Assembly: GCF_018977255.1 (NCBI RefSeq)
Contig: NW_024704743.1
Coordinates: 96,164,001 to 96,228,000, forward strand
Origin: Callorhinchus milii
Taxonomy: Eukaryota
Direction: 5' to 3'
Length of the DNA stretch: 64,000 bases
The notes under the pieces are model-generated. The model had not been told where the DNA came from, did no database searches, and saw only the letters and a program-made list of their open reading frames with translations. A program made the position numbers and the translations under genes. Position 1 is the stretch's first letter, and every line of letters begins with the position of its first letter. Shown here in pieces: positions 60,901 through 64,000 of the stretch.

Positions 60901-61541
60901 TCGCCCGGCTCTGAGACTGCTTCATGCCAAAACCCTCATACACGCCTTCATTACTTCGAGGCTAGACTACGCAAACTCACTGCTTGTCGGCCTCCCCAAC
61001 TCCTCCCTCCACAGGCTGCAGATCATCCAGAACTCTGCAGCCTGTGTGCTCTCTCGCACTGGGCTCCATAACCCTATAACCCCCATCCTTGCTCAACTCC
61101 ACTGGCTTCCCATCACACAGAGGATACAGTTCAAGATCCTGGTCCTCACCTTCAAAGCCCTCCAGAGTCTTGCTACCCCCTACCTCTCCAACCTCCTAAC
61201 CCCCTACCATCCTGTTCACTCCCTCCTCTCAGCAGGCTCTGGCCTGCTTCACGTCCCCCGTCTTGCATGCCGCACTATCGGCAGGTCAGCCTTCTGCCAC
61301 TCTGCACCCACCCTCTGGAACGCCATCCCGCAGTAACTCCGTCTCGCCCCCTCCCTCGCCACCTTCAAGACCCACCTCAAGACCCTCCTCTTCAATCGTG
61401 CTTTTGATCTCCATGCTTCCCCCACTGTCCTCTCCCACCCCGACCCTCAGCTCGGGTCCGAAACTCTGGCTGTCTAGCACCTTGGGACGTCCTCCCGACG
61501 TGAAAGGCGCTATGCAAATGTAATTTTGTTGTTGTTGTTGT
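60901..61541 (+). mobile_element. 5'-truncated L2 inserted in a minus-strand Deu-domain SINE (about 60766-61910)
   Basis: [29 protein letters not shown]; (TTG)n tail; TCCAACA duplicated at 60894-60900 and 61542-61548. Confidence 0.92.
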
Positions 61542-62441
61542 TCCAACAAATAGCCATGGAGTGAGTGACCAGTTTTATTTGGGGGATTGTTGGCCAGGAG
61601 ACCGGGAGAAGCTCCGTTCTCTTTTCGAATAGTGCTATCGGATCTTTAATGTACCTGGACAGTTAGACAGGACATCAGTTAAACATCTGATCCGAAGGAC
61701 GGAACCTCCAACAATGCATCCCCCACCCCCAACATTGCATTGGAGTGTCAGTTTACAGCAAACAAACAACAAAAATTACATTTGTATAGCGCCTTTCAAG
61801 TCGGGAGGTCGTCCCAAGGCACTGGAATTAGACTATGTGACTCTGACGTGGGGCTTGAACCCATAACGTTCTGACTCAAAGGCAAGAGTGCTACCACTGC
61901 GCCAGGCTGAACACACTCAGAATTCAATAAATGACAAATTTACCTAGTCTTACTCTCTAAGACCATTTTATCTTAAAATGTAATATTATGCAGAATTGTG
62001 GATTTTTAAAAATTGAATATTAATTTGGAAACTGTTTTTTCTGTAATTCTTAAAAGAACTGCCTTCCAAATTAAGGCAGAATAAAACATTTAAACATTTT
62101 AACTGTTCTGCATGATCTTAAATTTTAAGGCCAAATGGTTTTCCAGGCCAATCTGAAATTGATCTGGATGTGTCTATCTTGAACACTGACATGGGAGATG
62201 CTCAATGCTTTCTTTGTGCTGGGTTTGAAACTGGCTCTCTTGAGGTGAAGGACCCAGACTGTAGAGTTGTGCAAAGTATCTCAACAGCCATCTCAGTATT
62301 TCACCTTGTAGACATGTATAACGTATATACGCAAGCTATGTTAGATCTGGCCATCTGTCCACTGGAAGTTGACATTTGACTGGGACACTACAAATAATCA
62401 GCTGTGACCAAACTGCTGGTAAATACAATAAAAATAGAGAC

Positions 62442-62474
62442 ATGCAGTATTAAAGTTCAGCCACTAGATGTCAG
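62442..62474 (+). promoter_or_regulatory. CTCF-like motif with upstream module
   Basis: TGCAGT-N12-CCACTAGATGTCAG; core has one mismatch. Confidence 0.5.
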
Positions 62475-64000
62475 AAGCAGATTTTATTACATCATATTTT
62501 CAAAGCATGGTTGGAGACACCTAGGGACAGAAAGCTGTTTCTCCAGCATTGTTCTTTTTTCTATCACTCATGAGTCCTGAAAACTGCACACAGGAAACTA
62601 GATAGATTCTTGGTTTCAGAATCTTACCTCTAACAGCACACAGAACAGTTTGGGCATGAGGGAGAATCTTTCGACAAAATTCCCACACCTTCAGGTATAA
62701 ATAATAAATCAATGCTATGAATTTCATTTTCTGTGTAGGAGGAAACACAGTGTCACAAATATCTGCTTTCTGTGCATCAGTAATTGTCATTCTGTGATGT
62801 GAAAAACAATTGTACGCTGCATGATGGCAATAAGATGTTCGTCAAATACATATGCAAAGGCCAAGTGATTAAAGTAACTCTGACATAGTACAGACCCTTT
62901 CAGATTCTAGGCTGTTAATGGATTCTTTAATAAAACAACATCTGAGCATTATATAAAGAAACAATTTTGATTCTGCTTCTTAAATCTTCTCCCCAAATTA
63001 TACCCAGCCCTCCTCACTTGTGAACTGCCAATGTCAGAATGGTTTTGTGAGTTGACTGGATGTGGATATAATTGAATCTATGACACTAATAATTGAACAA
63101 TGGTGACAAGGAGGAGAAAGGCTGCTTATTTGTGACAGTAAAACTGAAGAAATTATTCTGAATTATAAATAATAACAGCAGTCTTACATTGATATTTTCT
63201 TGTTTCTTCTAATTATTTTTCATTTCTCAATCGCCGTTCTTCACATTGTTTGCCATGAATGTAGCCAAGTGACCTGCACCCTTGTGACGTGTGAGATAAG
63301 TCCAGGATAGCCTCCTCTTTGTGTGTTGCTCACTGCCTCTGCCTGAGAGGAGAATTGTCAATAGAAACCTTCACCCAGCACCTCTTGCCACGAACATTAG
63401 TACAGCTACATTTAACACTCCTGGATCACTGAACATTGCACTTTCCTCTGCCCTCTATCTTTTCTGCTCTTGTGCCTGTTGTAACTCTTGCTGGGTACAT
63501 AACCACAGACTCTCACAGCCATCTGATAGCTTACCCAAGTGGTTATGTTTCACATGTGAGCCCAGATAGCAAGTGTCAGTAGACCATTCATGGTGAGGGG
63601 AGTTGTGCCTGATCTTTTCTCACCTAACACACACCCAAGCCCATTTTGTGTAGGTGGGCAGCAATTAGGAGCAGGGACTTTAGTTTAGCTTTGCCCACTC
63701 CCTAGCTCAGGGGATCTGTTGCATCCTCCACTGTCCTGGCTGATATAAAGTAATTCAGCACAAAGCAGCAATTGAACCTTGGACACTTCTTCATGTACAT
63801 CGCTTAGTAGCTCTCTGGGATGCCACCTGGTGTGAAGGGTGCCATATAAATCCATGTTGTTGTTGTTGTTATTGTAGCACACCACATGATGAAACATTTA
63901 TTTTTACTTTACTCACATACCATCAGGGAACCCTAATATTTAGTTGGCTGTTTTCTGTCAACATTAGTTCATAAAACATACTCCCTGTATCTCATTTTTT

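Noticed and set aside
60650..61336. 228-aa ORF as the next cadherin exon
   Set aside because: Chimera of antisense SINE and L2 ORF2, with no cadherin motifs
62170..62379. Possible downstream cadherin exon
   Set aside because: No DxND, LDRE or AxDxG motifs and no convincing splice pair

Overview
Vertebrate genomic DNA, repeat-rich. The SINE, L2, CR1 and Penelope families point to a cartilaginous fish, probably a holocephalan; this is an inference. The first ~39 kb holds a + strand DPY19L4 gene (probable C-mannosyltransferase). I traced 18 coding exons (1482-38030), all GT-AG with consistent phases, joining into one frame of ~790 codons; a short first exon probably lies upstream of the window. 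A GC-rich exon at 49930-50916 (ATG 50016) encodes a signal peptide, cadherin-like repeats and a furin-type site. It best resembles the first coding exon of a neural-cadherin-like (type III classical cadherin) gene, and no further exon of it was recognisable before the window end. Non-coding DNA contains tRNA-derived SINEs, L2 and CR1 fragments (many nested), a pogo/Tigger-type MITE, a solo LTR, a decayed Penelope element and two palindromic Penelope-derived inserts with 14-bp target duplications and hammerhead-ribozyme motifs. There are also several tandem repeats and CTCF-like sites. Most entries in the ORF track are repeat-derived or spurious. Family assignments come from recalled sequence similarity, not database searches.
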